Assembly: GCA_965209055.1 (NCBI GenBank)
Contig: OZ242374.1
Coordinates: 3,904,001 to 3,968,000, forward strand
Length of the DNA: 64,000 nt
Direction of reading: 5' to 3'
Origin: Acidobacteriota bacterium
GTDB lineage: Bacteria; Acidobacteriota; UBA6911; RPQK01; JAJDTT01
The notes under the pieces were generated by a model, which saw nothing but the letters and a program-made list of their open reading frames with translations, did not search any database and was not told the DNA's origin. Below are positions 10,148 through 19,494 of this stretch, piece by piece (positions within the stretch are counted from its first letter, which is position 1; every line of letters starts with the position of its first letter). Position numbers and translations under genes: made by a program.

Positions 10148-11573
10148 CGAGAGCCTTGCCCCAGGAGCAATTGACGCATAGGCCGAGCCCCCGCTGGCGA
10201 GCGGAGCCGACCACGACCGGTCCCTCTACGGGGTTCGCGAACCAGAGTTGGATGTGCGAATAGGGAAGTCCGGGCCTTCCGGGTCGGTTTACCTCGACAG
10301 GTGCGAGATCAACCCCGCCGGCGATGAGCGGTGAACGCGCCGACCGGAAAGCTACCGGCGCGGGAAGTCCCGCGTGTTCGCACCACCTCGACACTTCCGC
10401 GAGGTCGAGGGGCACGCGGCGTTCGTGGACCGCCGGAAACACCGAAACCCAAGAGCGCGCGGTGCGAATCCAACGCGCTGGAGTGGCAGCGACGGGCCGC
10501 CTCTCACCAGTGTATGGGGCGACGGACACGTCTACGCCACCGCCTCGCAACCGACTAACGGCTCCGGCAGCCTGCCGAACTCGATGCTGCAGCACTGCCT
10601 CGCAGCCCGGTGGCAACCAGAGGGCCAAGCCGTGGATTCGGCCGCGGGATCGCGGGAATCCTGCGTCCGGCAGCGCGAGGAAGCGGGCCAGATCATAGCC
10701 CCGCCGCTCGAATCCGTGACCATGCAAGACGGCGGGTGGTTCGCCATAGAGTCGTTGATAGGTGGCGAGTACGGCCTTCTTAAAGAGCGAAGTGACGACA
10801 GACACACGGCGTCCGGAGACCGAAGTCTCCATACGGAGCCATGCGACTACGCTGCCTCGATCAACACTCTCATCCGGTGTTGGAGAGTGGTACTTGGCTT
10901 CGTGTCTGAGCGCGGGGAACTGAGTGCGGGCTACCGTGGCACCACGCACCACCCAGGCATCGTAGACGCTATCCAGCAAGCGCAAATCGCCCTTTCTGGA
11001 AACCCGGATATGCACATTCCCCTCCGCGTGCGGCCGAAATACGTCGTCCGGCACCTGTCGCTCAGGCATTCTCGTTTGAACACGAATTCGAACCGGGGAA
11101 TCGGCTGTTCCGAGGTATCCGATGCGGGCCGCCCGCAGCCGCAGGCCGTTCACGACATCGGCTGGACAGGAGGTTTTCCAGATGTACACGATGCTGCGGT
11201 AGCGCGGTGAAACACGTACACCGGGTCGGACCTGCACGCCTTGGCGGCCGATGTATTCGAGATGAGCAAGGATTTGCTTCCTTGCGGTGGCAAACCTCGG
11301 GTCGGCGCGCGCGACGTAACGGGGGTGTAGCCGTTGGTGGCAAGGCGTCCCATGCGCGTGGATCACCGGTGGCGGAAGCTTCTCGAGCCACTCCAACTCG
11401 GCTCCGGTAGTGACACGGAGCCGGTCTCTCGTCCCGTCCGCAGCCACGAACGCGGCAAACAGGCGTGAGGGGGCTGGCGGCCATTCGCCCCTACCCAGAT
11501 GACCGGTGGTCGAGGAGCCATCGGGGTCCGCGCGGAACGTGCCATGGAGGAGCTCAACGGAGATCGCCAGCAT
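10140..11573 (-). CDS. csb2: Type I-G Csb2 (Cas5/Cas6 fusion)
   Basis: MLAISVELLHG...EWPPAPSRLFAAFVA; C-terminal GPVVVGSARQRGLGLC glycine loop; TAATG coupling with csb1. Confidence 0.92.
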   Translation of the reverse strand: MLAISVELLHGTFRADPDGSSTTGHLGRGEWPPAPSRLFAAFVAADGTRDRLRVTTGAELEWLEKLPPPVIHAHGTPCHQRLHPRYVARADPRFATARKQILAHLEYIGRQGVQVRPGVRVSPRYRSIVYIWKTSCPADVVNGLRLRAARIGYLGTADSPVRIRVQTRMPERQVPDDVFRPHAEGNVHIRVSRKGDLRLLDSVYDAWVVRGATVARTQFPALRHEAKYHSPTPDESVDRGSVVAWLRMETSVSGRRVSVVTSLFKKAVLATYQRLYGEPPAVLHGHGFERRGYDLARFLALPDAGFPRSRGRIHGLALWLPPGCEAVLQHRVRQAAGAVSRLRGGGVDVSVAPYTGERRPVAATPARWIRTARSWVSVFPAVHERRVPLDLAEVSRWCEHAGLPAPVAFRSARSPLIAGGVDLAPVEVNRPGRPGLPYSHIQLWFANPVEGPVVVGSARQRGLGLCVNCSWGKALDV

Positions 11574-12778
11574 TAGTCGTCCAAGTCGGGCCAAGTAGCG
11601 AGAATCGCCTTGCGCAGGTTGTCCTTGGGAGTCAGGGGAAGCGGGGGCGAGTCCCAACCTTCGAGCGGTACTCCCACGGACTTCGCGTACTCCAAGGCGC
11701 CGTGGAGTAACTTGCCGGTTCGCGCGGCGCCGCCGAGGTCGATCTCCACATCTCCGCTCTCTCCGAGCCAAGTCGCAGTGCGTTTCGTGGGTCGCAATTC
11801 CGCCCCGGATCGCAGCGCGAACCCACGTCCGAATGCAAGCATGTGGGCGTGCAGCCCTAGCAAGACCAGCAGGGCTCGAGCCGCTGAGTCGGCCTTTGCG
11901 GAATGATCAGGTCCGAGAGCGACTCGTCGCAGCTGGGCAAGCGAGAGGGTCGCGCGCTGCGTGACCTTCGCGAACGAAACCGCCGCGGCGGCCGCCTCGT
12001 CGCCCATAAAGGGCACCTGGCCGTGGCCGATCTCGGAGAGTTTGTCTTTTCTGCCACCCTCGATTTCCTTCAGCTTCGCGGTTCCAATTTCCCAGTGCAG
12101 GCGATCGTCCGGGTTCGAGGCCAACACCTCGTCGGTGTTGAGGTTCAGCGGGTCCCCCTTGAGGCCGAGGACGCGCGTGTTGTTGGCCGCCGGTTTCCAT
12201 CCGATGATTTCCGAGACCCATGCTCGTGCATGTTTCGTGTTGTGGCGCTTCTTCCCCAGATGCGACTGCCAGAACCCGTAGAGGAGCGCTTGGGGAAACC
12301 ACGCCATGAGTGGCCCGCAGGCTTCCGGGGTGGCGGCCAGGATGGCTTGCCCGAGGTCGGTTCGAACGAAGTCGACGCCGTCAAGCTGCGCGTCGCGGAG
12401 GTAGGCGTCTGCGTTCCGATGCGGGAACTGGAGACTCGATATTTTTGATGGCAGGTGCGCTGGTAGGTTGGTCAACTCGGAGAGGTCGAGGACCAACTCC
12501 GGGACGAGGACGGACGCCCGATGCCGACGGAGCGCATCCTCAAGCCGGTTGGCCTGCGCAGGCACATTGTCGATCACGATGACCGGCGTGGCTTCCTCGT
12601 CGTAAGAGGATGCCCACCTGCGATCTTCCTGGTATCTCCCACCCTCGTAGACCGCAGGCTTCACAGGTCCGCCCGGTCCGGCAAGAGACTCGAGTTCCGT
12701 GTCGATCCGCAGCCCGTCCTCGAACGACGTATCCGCGCACGCTGCCACGAGCGAATCAAGCCTTATCTGTTTCTTCAC
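11573..12778 (-). CDS. csb1: Type I-G Csb1 (Cas7u)
   Basis: VKPAVY, IDNVPAQANRLE, PHRNADAYLRD, PQALLYGFWQS, SEIGHGQVP, LRSGAEL. Confidence 0.93.
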   Translation of the reverse strand: MKKQIRLDSLVAACADTSFEDGLRIDTELESLAGPGGPVKPAVYEGGRYQEDRRWASSYDEEATPVIVIDNVPAQANRLEDALRRHRASVLVPELVLDLSELTNLPAHLPSKISSLQFPHRNADAYLRDAQLDGVDFVRTDLGQAILAATPEACGPLMAWFPQALLYGFWQSHLGKKRHNTKHARAWVSEIIGWKPAANNTRVLGLKGDPLNLNTDEVLASNPDDRLHWEIGTAKLKEIEGGRKDKLSEIGHGQVPFMGDEAAAAAVSFAKVTQRATLSLAQLRRVALGPDHSAKADSAARALLVLLGLHAHMLAFGRGFALRSGAELRPTKRTATWLGESGDVEIDLGGAARTGKLLHGALEYAKSVGVPLEGWDSPPLPLTPKDNLRKAILATWPDLDD

Positions 12779-13307
12779 ATTGTCCTCCGGATGCCGGTGG
12801 CCTTTAAAACGGTTTCAATTTGATCAAAAAAGGGAGATTTCATACGAGATTTCCTGGGGCCGGTGCGAACTCGAACACGCATAGCAACAGCAACTGTTGA
12901 TTTTCGTCCCCTGTGGGGCTGGCACCGACCCAAGCGGGTGATCATCACGGGGGCGGCCGATGAAGGAAACCGTCCCCCGATATCGCTCCGAGAGAGTGAA
13001 GACGGATCGAAAGTGTCTTCCATGTGGGAACGATTACCGTCCAGAATGAATGAAGGGTTCTCTGCGAAAGACCCCTTACCATGAATGACCTTAACAGCAA
13101 TGGATGACTGTAAACAGGAAGGATATCAATAGGAAGTGATCCTAGTCTGACGATGTGGTCCATTTATCTGATTGTTCTATGAATTTTTCCCGAAGTCGCT
13201 ATCATTGCCCCGCAGAGTCCGATGCGTCTCCAACCCGGCTCCGGGATCGTGACGCTGTATGGGACGCTGAACCGGGTTTAGTAGTGGGCTCCGACAAGGA
13301 GGGGCGA

Positions 13308-13443
13308 ATGCAGAGTCCCGGCGAACTGAGGCGAGAGATCGAGGCGCTGTGGGATCTCATCTACAAGCTCAGCGCCGCCCAACTGCGGATCAGCGTGAGC
13401 ATCGACGTCCGCACCGTCCTGCAGGAGGTCATCGAGAGCGCTT
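13308..13443 (+). pseudogene. N-terminal fragment of a GAF/sensor-type regulator
   Basis: RBS AAGGAGGGG, then MQSPGELRREIEALWDLIYKLSAAQLRISVSIDVRTVLQEVIESA, a coiled coil leading into a GAF-like start; the frame then runs into antisense of the truncated protease. Confidence 0.5.
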
Positions 13444-13449
13444 GGAGTC

Positions 13450-13709
13450 CATCCCAAACCGTGAGCCAGGAGAATCGCCAGGACGCTGATCGCATAGGGG
13501 ATTCCGAGAATGAAGTTCGGCCACACGAGGAAACCCGCCGTGTCGGATGCGGATTGACCGTTGCCCATCATGTCGCTGGTATACCAGAGCGACCCGGTCC
13601 ACAGGGTTGTGGCGAGGGTGACGAGGAGCAGCAGAAGGGCCAGCTTGAAACGGGGCTTCTCCGGCACCGGCGCCGGCCAGTTCTTGTCTTGGGGAGGACG
13701 TTCCGTCAC
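13450..13709 (-). pseudogene. Truncated site-2 (M50) membrane protease N-terminus
   Basis: LALLLLLVTLATT...GIPYAISVLAILLAHGLG; the sequence breaks at the expected HExGH zinc motif. Confidence 0.6.
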
Positions 13710-13739
13710 CGACGGAGGACTCGTCCGGAGGCAGGGAGA

Positions 13740-14006
13740 TCAGCCGGAGCGGATTTCTTTCCCGGGTTTGAAGCGAACGGTCTTGCCGGGAGGAATGGGG
13801 ACCACGGCTCCCGTCCTGGGGTTGCGGCCGATGCCACGCTTGCGCGGTTTGACGAGAAAGACTCCAAAGCCCCGCAATTCAATGCGTTCCCCATGCTTCA
13901 GGGCACGCTTCAACACCTCCAGCACGGTGTCGACGGCCTCTTCGGACCTCACTTTGGTCAATCCCACCTTTTCGGAGACGCGTGACACAATCTCTTGTTT
14001 GATCAC
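13740..14006 (-). CDS. HU/IHF family DNA-binding protein
   Basis: GERIELRGFGVF...RKRGIGRNPRTG...IPPGKTVRFKPGK, 88 aa. Confidence 0.95.
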   Translation of the reverse strand: MIKQEIVSRVSEKVGLTKVRSEEAVDTVLEVLKRALKHGERIELRGFGVFLVKPRKRGIGRNPRTGAVVPIPPGKTVRFKPGKEIRSG

Positions 14007-14041
14007 AGCTTGGAAGTGCCCCCTGAGGTGCTAGCGGGTGT

Positions 14042-14071
14042 CTTATAGTGGGCATAGGTTCGGGATGTCAA
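14042..14071 (-). promoter_or_regulatory. Sigma-70-like promoter of the HU/IHF gene
   Basis: Minus strand TTGACA-18 nt-TATAAG, 35 nt upstream of the GTG start. Confidence 0.55.
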
Positions 14072-14462
14072 GGTTCGGTTCAGGCTCCTCAAGTGAGAAG
14101 TTAATCTGGAGTCGGAAATGGACTTTTCCGGGAGGACCGGTCGGAGACGAGGAAGGAGCGGCGGATCACCCGTCGCCCCTCCTCGATCACTACCATGAGT
14201 GATTTCCCGCCGGGAACCAATCCCGACATCCGGCACTGGTTTGCCCGAAGTCCATGAGGGTGGTCGAGACGCAGTCTCGCAGGTTTCACCGCAGCGGGAA
14301 CAGTCTTTCCGGAAGCTCCGATAGCCGCAGTCCGGACAGCGGTAACGCGGCGGGCGCGGAGCCTCTCCACCGCCTGCCTCCTGAGAGTCTCCAGCCGTTC
14401 CTTGTTGTGGATCTCAGGGATGCTCATACATCCCATATTGCCGGTCACGGGTGTCTTTTATT

Positions 14463-14636
14463 GGCCTTCCCGCCAGGGATATTTTGGAAGGGAGCGACCC
14501 CCCAGGGGGTGTGGCAAAGATGTATATTGCGCCACACCCCCGCGCCCGCACCGGGCAGGAAAAAGGGGGGGTCGCTCCCTTCCACCTCCGCTTTCCCCGT
14601 GCGGGCGCGGCGAAGCCGGGAATGTGGCCGTAACTG
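14463..14636 (-). repeat. ~175-bp structured element, copy 2
   Basis: Reverse complement of 1197-1370; substitutions concentrate in loops, with some near the inner-stem apex. Confidence 0.85.
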
Positions 14637-14829
14637 CATTAACGACAAAGAGTTCGGGGAAATCGGAGGTGTAAGTCAAAAGGCTTCCGGGATGGAACTC
14701 GCGTCCATTGTCTCACTTACACTCCCGGATCGGGCGCGGAACCCCACTTTTCAGCGGTCAAGATCGACCTCCCGGAAGCCGGCTCAAACGCCAGATCGCG
14801 AAACCTGCCGGGGGGACGACCACGGCGGA

Positions 14830-16053
14830 TCAACGGAGCCGATCAGATGCCGGTTGCCGACTCTCGCCAGCCAGATAGCCCGCCCAGTCGTCCATCAGAC
14901 GCCTCCGCCGCTCGAACAGGTCCGTGCGCCGGTAGGCGGCCTCGACCGGGTTGCGGACCTTGTGCGCCAAAGCCGCCTCCGCCACCTCGCGCGGATGATC
15001 CGTCTCCTCCGCTGCCCAGTCGCGAAAGCTCGACCGGAACCCGTGCGGCACCGCCGCGATCGTCAACCCCCGGAGCAGTTCCGACATGGCCGTATTACCG
15101 ATGGGCTTTCCACCCACCCTCGGAAAAACGAGTGGGCTGCCGCCACCGAGCGCCTGCGCCTCCTCCAGGATCTCCAATGCTCGTCGGGCCAAGGGGACCC
15201 GGTGCTCCCGATTCCCCTTCGTCCGTGCGGCCGGGATGGTCCACACTCCTTCCTCCCGGTCGATCTCCTTCCACGCGGCCCCACGGACCTCGCCGGAGCG
15301 TGTCGCCGTCAGGACCAGGAACTCGAACATCAGCTTCAACAACGGCCGCTTGTTAGATGCCCGCACCGTCTGGAGTGCGGACGCCACTTCACCGTGAGGC
15401 AACGCCCGCATGTGACGCACGGCGTTCCCCTGCGAGCCGAGCACCGGCCCAATCCGGTCGCACGGGTTGTCGGGCCGAAGATCCATCGCCACGGCCCACT
15501 CCAGGACCGCGCGGATGCGCTGGCGCAGCTTCCGTGCCGTGGGGGCCTTCTCGTGCCAGATCGGAGCGAGGATTCCGATCACGTCGGCGCTCGTCACCTC
15601 CGCAATCGGCATCTTTCCGATATGAGGCAGGACGTGGCGCTCCAGGCTTCCCAGCCAGAGCTGCGCATGCAGGGGGGAGCGCCAGCCCGGACGCAACTGC
15701 TTCCAGACCGTCCGGGCGGCGTCCGCGAAGGTGGGCATCGACTCGGCCCGCCGCCTCTCGGCCCGGGGGTCGCCCCCGTCGCGGGCCAGCTTCCGGTTGG
15801 CGAACGCCTTCTCGCGCGCTTCCTTGAGCGAGACGAGGGGGAATCCGCCGAGGCCGAGCTCGGTTCGGCGGCCCCGGATCGTGATGCGCTGGATCCAGCC
15901 CCGGCTGCCCGTGGGCCGGACGTCGAGATAGAGGCCTTGGCCGTCGCAATAGCGTCCGGCCTGGTTCACGTTGCGGACAAAGGCCGGTGTCAGAGCATTG
16001 AGGGGATGCCGACCGCGCGGCTTGCGTTTCGGAGGTCGTTTTGTAAGTCTCAT
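14830..16053 (-). CDS. P4-type tyrosine integrase with arm-binding domain
   Basis: GRYCDGQGLYL...GRRTELGLGGFPLVSLKEARE; TATRSGEVRGA; K; HGFRSSFRDW; LAH; AY; RRRLMDDW. Start placed at ATG 16053. Confidence 0.93.
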   Translation of the reverse strand: MRLTKRPPKRKPRGRHPLNALTPAFVRNVNQAGRYCDGQGLYLDVRPTGSRGWIQRITIRGRRTELGLGGFPLVSLKEAREKAFANRKLARDGGDPRAERRRAESMPTFADAARTVWKQLRPGWRSPLHAQLWLGSLERHVLPHIGKMPIAEVTSADVIGILAPIWHEKAPTARKLRQRIRAVLEWAVAMDLRPDNPCDRIGPVLGSQGNAVRHMRALPHGEVASALQTVRASNKRPLLKLMFEFLVLTATRSGEVRGAAWKEIDREEGVWTIPAARTKGNREHRVPLARRALEILEEAQALGGGSPLVFPRVGGKPIGNTAMSELLRGLTIAAVPHGFRSSFRDWAAEETDHPREVAEAALAHKVRNPVEAAYRRTDLFERRRRLMDDWAGYLAGESRQPASDRLR

Positions 16054-16056
16054 GCC

Positions 16057-16190
16057 TACCACTATACCTACCACCATATGGTGGATGCAAGGGGATGGAG
16101 TGGATCGGTATGGGACAAGTTCGGATGTCCGAACTAGTGTTAAATCAACTAAATATAGACACTTATGGACAATTCTGGACTTACCTGGAC
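16057..16190. promoter_or_regulatory. att-arm-like region of the P4-type integrase
   Basis: TACCACTATA/TACCACCATA tandem, AT-rich stretch, and three TGGAC at 10-bp phasing (16166-16190). Confidence 0.45.
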
Positions 16191-16866
16191 AATGTATCCG
16201 ATTCAATCAAGGATTCCTTGCGGGAAGGATTCGAGGAGGCTTGACCGACTATCCCGAGTGCCAGGACTGTGTGGCCATTTATTCGGAGTTCACCATGTGG
16301 CGAACCAGCGAAACCGAGATTTTGGACAAAGACAATAGGTTTACGACAAGCGGATCTGTACCGGGAACTCCAGAAACCGGAGATTCAGGCCCTGTTCAAG
16401 GAGAATCCGCACTGCTCCGAGTCGGTCCCCGGACCGGGCCTCGGTTCAGCGTCCCCAGGCTTCGACTCGATCCCCGAGCCGGGTTGGAGACGCATCGGAC
16501 TCTTGCGTCGCCACCGATAGCGTTTTCGGGCAAGATTTCATAATACTGTCAGCAAATTGCGAGCATTGTCATATTAGGGTCACTTCTTCCATATACACCC
16601 GCACCTTCTGTACGATATCCTTTGAATCTCATGTGAAGCGGCGGCGGCGGGTAGATCCTACTGCTATACGCTGTCGGGTCCAGCGGAGGTTGTGTGTCTC
16701 GCGTTAGTGGAGGTCGCGCGGAAGAAGTGCTTGGATCGTTGCTAGCCGAACAGTAATCGCACCCACACGGGGAAGGGTATGACCTCAGCCTTTCGACCCG
16801 GCCCCGGTGCGATGTCCGGGAGGCGGTATCGAACCTCGCCGCCCCCTTGGATTTGAAGGAGAAGAA

Positions 16867-17370
16867 ATGAAGTTACATCTGGAGCGAGCGTTGTTCATGA
16901 TCGGAAGGCAGTACACAGGGAAGAACACGCAATTGCTTAGCCTGAAGGAATTGATCGCAGGAAGGACAACTAGGCGGCGGCGATTTGACCTTGGAAACAA
17001 TCGATGGCTCTACGTCCGTTCTGGTTCGCCACAAGAAGAAGGACAGGACTTGGACGATTTTCTTCTAGCATGCGCCCGTCATATGCAACCCAGAAGCTAC
17101 CAGTGGAATTATGCCTGCGCCATGCAATCGAATCCTGGTACGAATATCGGCGGTGCGGTCAGTACGATCAAGGCTTTCAAAAACGAGTTTTCTCCAGGCC
17201 GTGTCTGTGCGGTGATCTTGTGTCCCGACTGGCGAGGCAACCGATTTCCCGAAGAGAGAAAATCGTTGATTACGCGCCTATCGGACATAGGTGTATCCGA
17301 AATCCTAACAGTGGATGCCAGAAAGCGACATTCGAACGGACCACAATACGCCGGGTTCTTCGGCATTTGA
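16867..17370 (+). CDS. Hypothetical protein with P-loop-like motif
   Basis: RBS GAAGGAG; hydrophobic strand followed by GRQYTGKN near the N-terminus. Confidence 0.55.
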   Translation: MKLHLERALFMIGRQYTGKNTQLLSLKELIAGRTTRRRRFDLGNNRWLYVRSGSPQEEGQDLDDFLLACARHMQPRSYQWNYACAMQSNPGTNIGGAVSTIKAFKNEFSPGRVCAVILCPDWRGNRFPEERKSLITRLSDIGVSEILTVDARKRHSNGPQYAGFFGI

Positions 17371-17548
17371 ATGTCTGTTGACGATTAGTGAGAATCTCCT
17401 TGATGAACACTTTCCTGATCTCCCTAGCGGTTCCAAATCAGGAGGTTTCCTCCCGGATCAAATCCAAATTCCCAAAGTCCTTCGAGTACACGTCGTGGAC
17501 ACTGGCACCCGCTGAGAGGGAGCACCGACAAGGCAAGTTGGGCGCGGG

Positions 17549-17899
17549 ATGAGATCTGAATTCGTTGTCCTCGCCATTTTCGTTTGGTCTACACTCGCTG
17601 GCTGCGGTACCTCGACGCCTGGCTGCGGCGATGAAGAGACTCTCAATCTCGTTAAGGAAATTGCCTCACGGGAACTCAGCGCCCCTGGCAGGTTGATGCG
17701 TGGCAGGAAGATTGAAGTTTCCGCCTCTGAGATTGAGCTTAGCTACGTCAGCATAGTTGCTCATGACAAGGAATTGGACATCTACTCCTGTTCCGCCAGT
17801 TTGGACTGGAAGGAGCTATCGTTGCCAATTCAGTTTGATGTTCGACCATCGGCGACTGACCCGACCCAATTCGTTGTCCAAGTCTATGGGCTGCGGTGA
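17549..17899 (+). CDS. Hypothetical lipoprotein
   Basis: Signal peptide with lipobox LAGC. Confidence 0.6.
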   Translation: MRSEFVVLAIFVWSTLAGCGTSTPGCGDEETLNLVKEIASRELSAPGRLMRGRKIEVSASEIELSYVSIVAHDKELDIYSCSASLDWKELSLPIQFDVRPSATDPTQFVVQVYGLR

Positions 17900-18351
17900 T
17901 TTCCCGGCGGCATTCGAGAATTAGGAACTAGCTTAGGAGAGACCATGGCGAATTGCTGGGTCGTAGGAGCATTTGTGGATGGCGACCCTGAGCCGGTTCC
18001 AGAGAGTTGCCTGCTTCCTCCCGCCGCCGATCCGACGGCGTAACTGGGAGTCTGAAGGACTGGTCCCTCAGTCCTTGCGGGAAAAAGAGGGAGCCCGAGG
18101 GGGAAAACCCATGACTGACCTGATTGACGTTGCATTTGTTGTGGGCATTCTGATTTTTTAGTCGGACCCGCATGGATAGCCGTACGAGCCTTTGAGTTTT
18201 CCGCTCGCTCGCTCATACGTTCCGATCATGCCAATGATGATGACTCGCCCCGGACATGGCTCCAGCGCCTCGGGACGGCTATTGGTGTCGTCCTTGCCGT
18301 GATTTTGGTCATTGCCAGTTCGGTCATCGGTGCTCATAAGCGGGGCGAGAG

Positions 18352-18594
18352 TTGATGACGCAATCCCGTGATTGGCGCACCGAATATGAGGCGCAAGCTT
18401 CGGCAATCCGCGGCGCCATGGGAAACGGCGAATGGGCGAAGGCGTACGATCTGTGCGACTCATTCGTGCACTGGCATAAGCTACGGGCCAGTGAGACTAA
18501 TGAACACCCGCTAACCTTGCGCGGTCGTTTGATCTGGGTTTACCGACTTCGCAATCAGATTCGGAAAAAGATGTCTCCTGCCCAGAGACAATAG
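18352..18594 (+). CDS. Small hypothetical protein
   Basis: 80-aa helical-looking ORF; no family recognised. Confidence 0.35.
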   Translation: MMTQSRDWRTEYEAQASAIRGAMGNGEWAKAYDLCDSFVHWHKLRASETNEHPLTLRGRLIWVYRLRNQIRKKMSPAQRQ

Positions 18595-18725
18595 CGAGCC
18601 AGGGGCCCATCACTGCGAACGTTGCGAGGACCTCACCGAGACCGTCTGGCGCTGGATGGAGACGTGCCCCTGCCGGAGGCGCACTGTCGGGAACAGGCCG
18701 AGAAAAGGGACGGATAAATCAGACT

Positions 18726-18938
18726 ATGGTGAGCGACAGACAACGTCCTCCCCAGCGTGGTAGGAATGTCAGTATTGGTGGGGTTATCGGTACAGCTATT
18801 GGTGGGGTCATCGGCGGGGTCATCGGCTGGGCAATGGGCTACTCGCTCGGCAGAGTCGTCGGTACCGCGTTAGGTTTCGGGTTGGGGGCTGGGCTGGCGG
18901 CGCTGGTGCATCTTTGGGTTCGGGGTCGTTGCAACTGA
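18726..18938 (+). CDS. Small glycine-zipper membrane protein
   Basis: Repeated GxxxG pattern (IGGVIGTAIGGVIGGVIG). Confidence 0.55.
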   Translation: MVSDRQRPPQRGRNVSIGGVIGTAIGGVIGGVIGWAMGYSLGRVVGTALGFGLGAGLAALVHLWVRGRCN

Positions 18939-19026
18939 GGATTCTCCCCCGGTCTCCGGCGGCTTGATCCACTCTCCCGGACAGATACACATATTTTCAG
19001 TTGTCGTGCTCAAGGACGGTCCCGAT

Positions 19027-19494
19027 ATGAATTTTCTCGAGCAGATCACGGCAGAATATTTTGGGCTAAGGGGCTTCTGGGTTAGGGTTCGTGAACCGTG
19101 GCCGGATGGTCGGCGCGGCGACCTGGACGTGCTGGCCTATGATGCCAAAACGGATCGACTATTCCATATCGAGTGCGGAGGCAATGGCGACGCCGAAAAC
19201 CTGAAAAAGCTCAAGGACTCGAAGTTCGAGTGTGGCGCATTTTACCGGCGGCATTTCCAGTGCGAGCGAGTAGTGCGCCTTGCGGTTTCCGGGTGGGGCC
19301 GTGAGAAATCTGAAGCCCGCGCCAAGGAATATCAACAGCACGAAATTTGTCTTATGAGCGTCGGTGAGCTCATGACTGAAATTCGCTCCTACATTGAGTC
19401 CGATTGGTGGCCGCCCCGCGACCGGGCGATCCGGCAGTATCCGATTCTGCGCGGGATCCAGGAGACGTTGCGATACACGGGGAACCGACGGTGA
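19027..19494 (+). CDS. PD-(D/E)XK superfamily nuclease-like protein
   Basis: MNFLEQITAEYF...GDLDVLAYD...LFHIEC, resembling restriction-endonuclease/YraN-like folds. Confidence 0.6.
   Translation: MNFLEQITAEYFGLRGFWVRVREPWPDGRRGDLDVLAYDAKTDRLFHIECGGNGDAENLKKLKDSKFECGAFYRRHFQCERVVRLAVSGWGREKSEARAKEYQQHEICLMSVGELMTEIRSYIESDWWPPRDRAIRQYPILRGIQETLRYTGNRR

Noticed and set aside
12780-13300. Regulatory mini-array (CreA/scaRNA-like) upstream of the cas operon
   Set aside because: No repeat-like sequence found; only a short GAGATTTC duplication.
14254-16137. 627-aa plus-strand ORF
   Set aside because: Antisense shadow of the P4-type integrase in high-GC DNA; no recognisable motifs.
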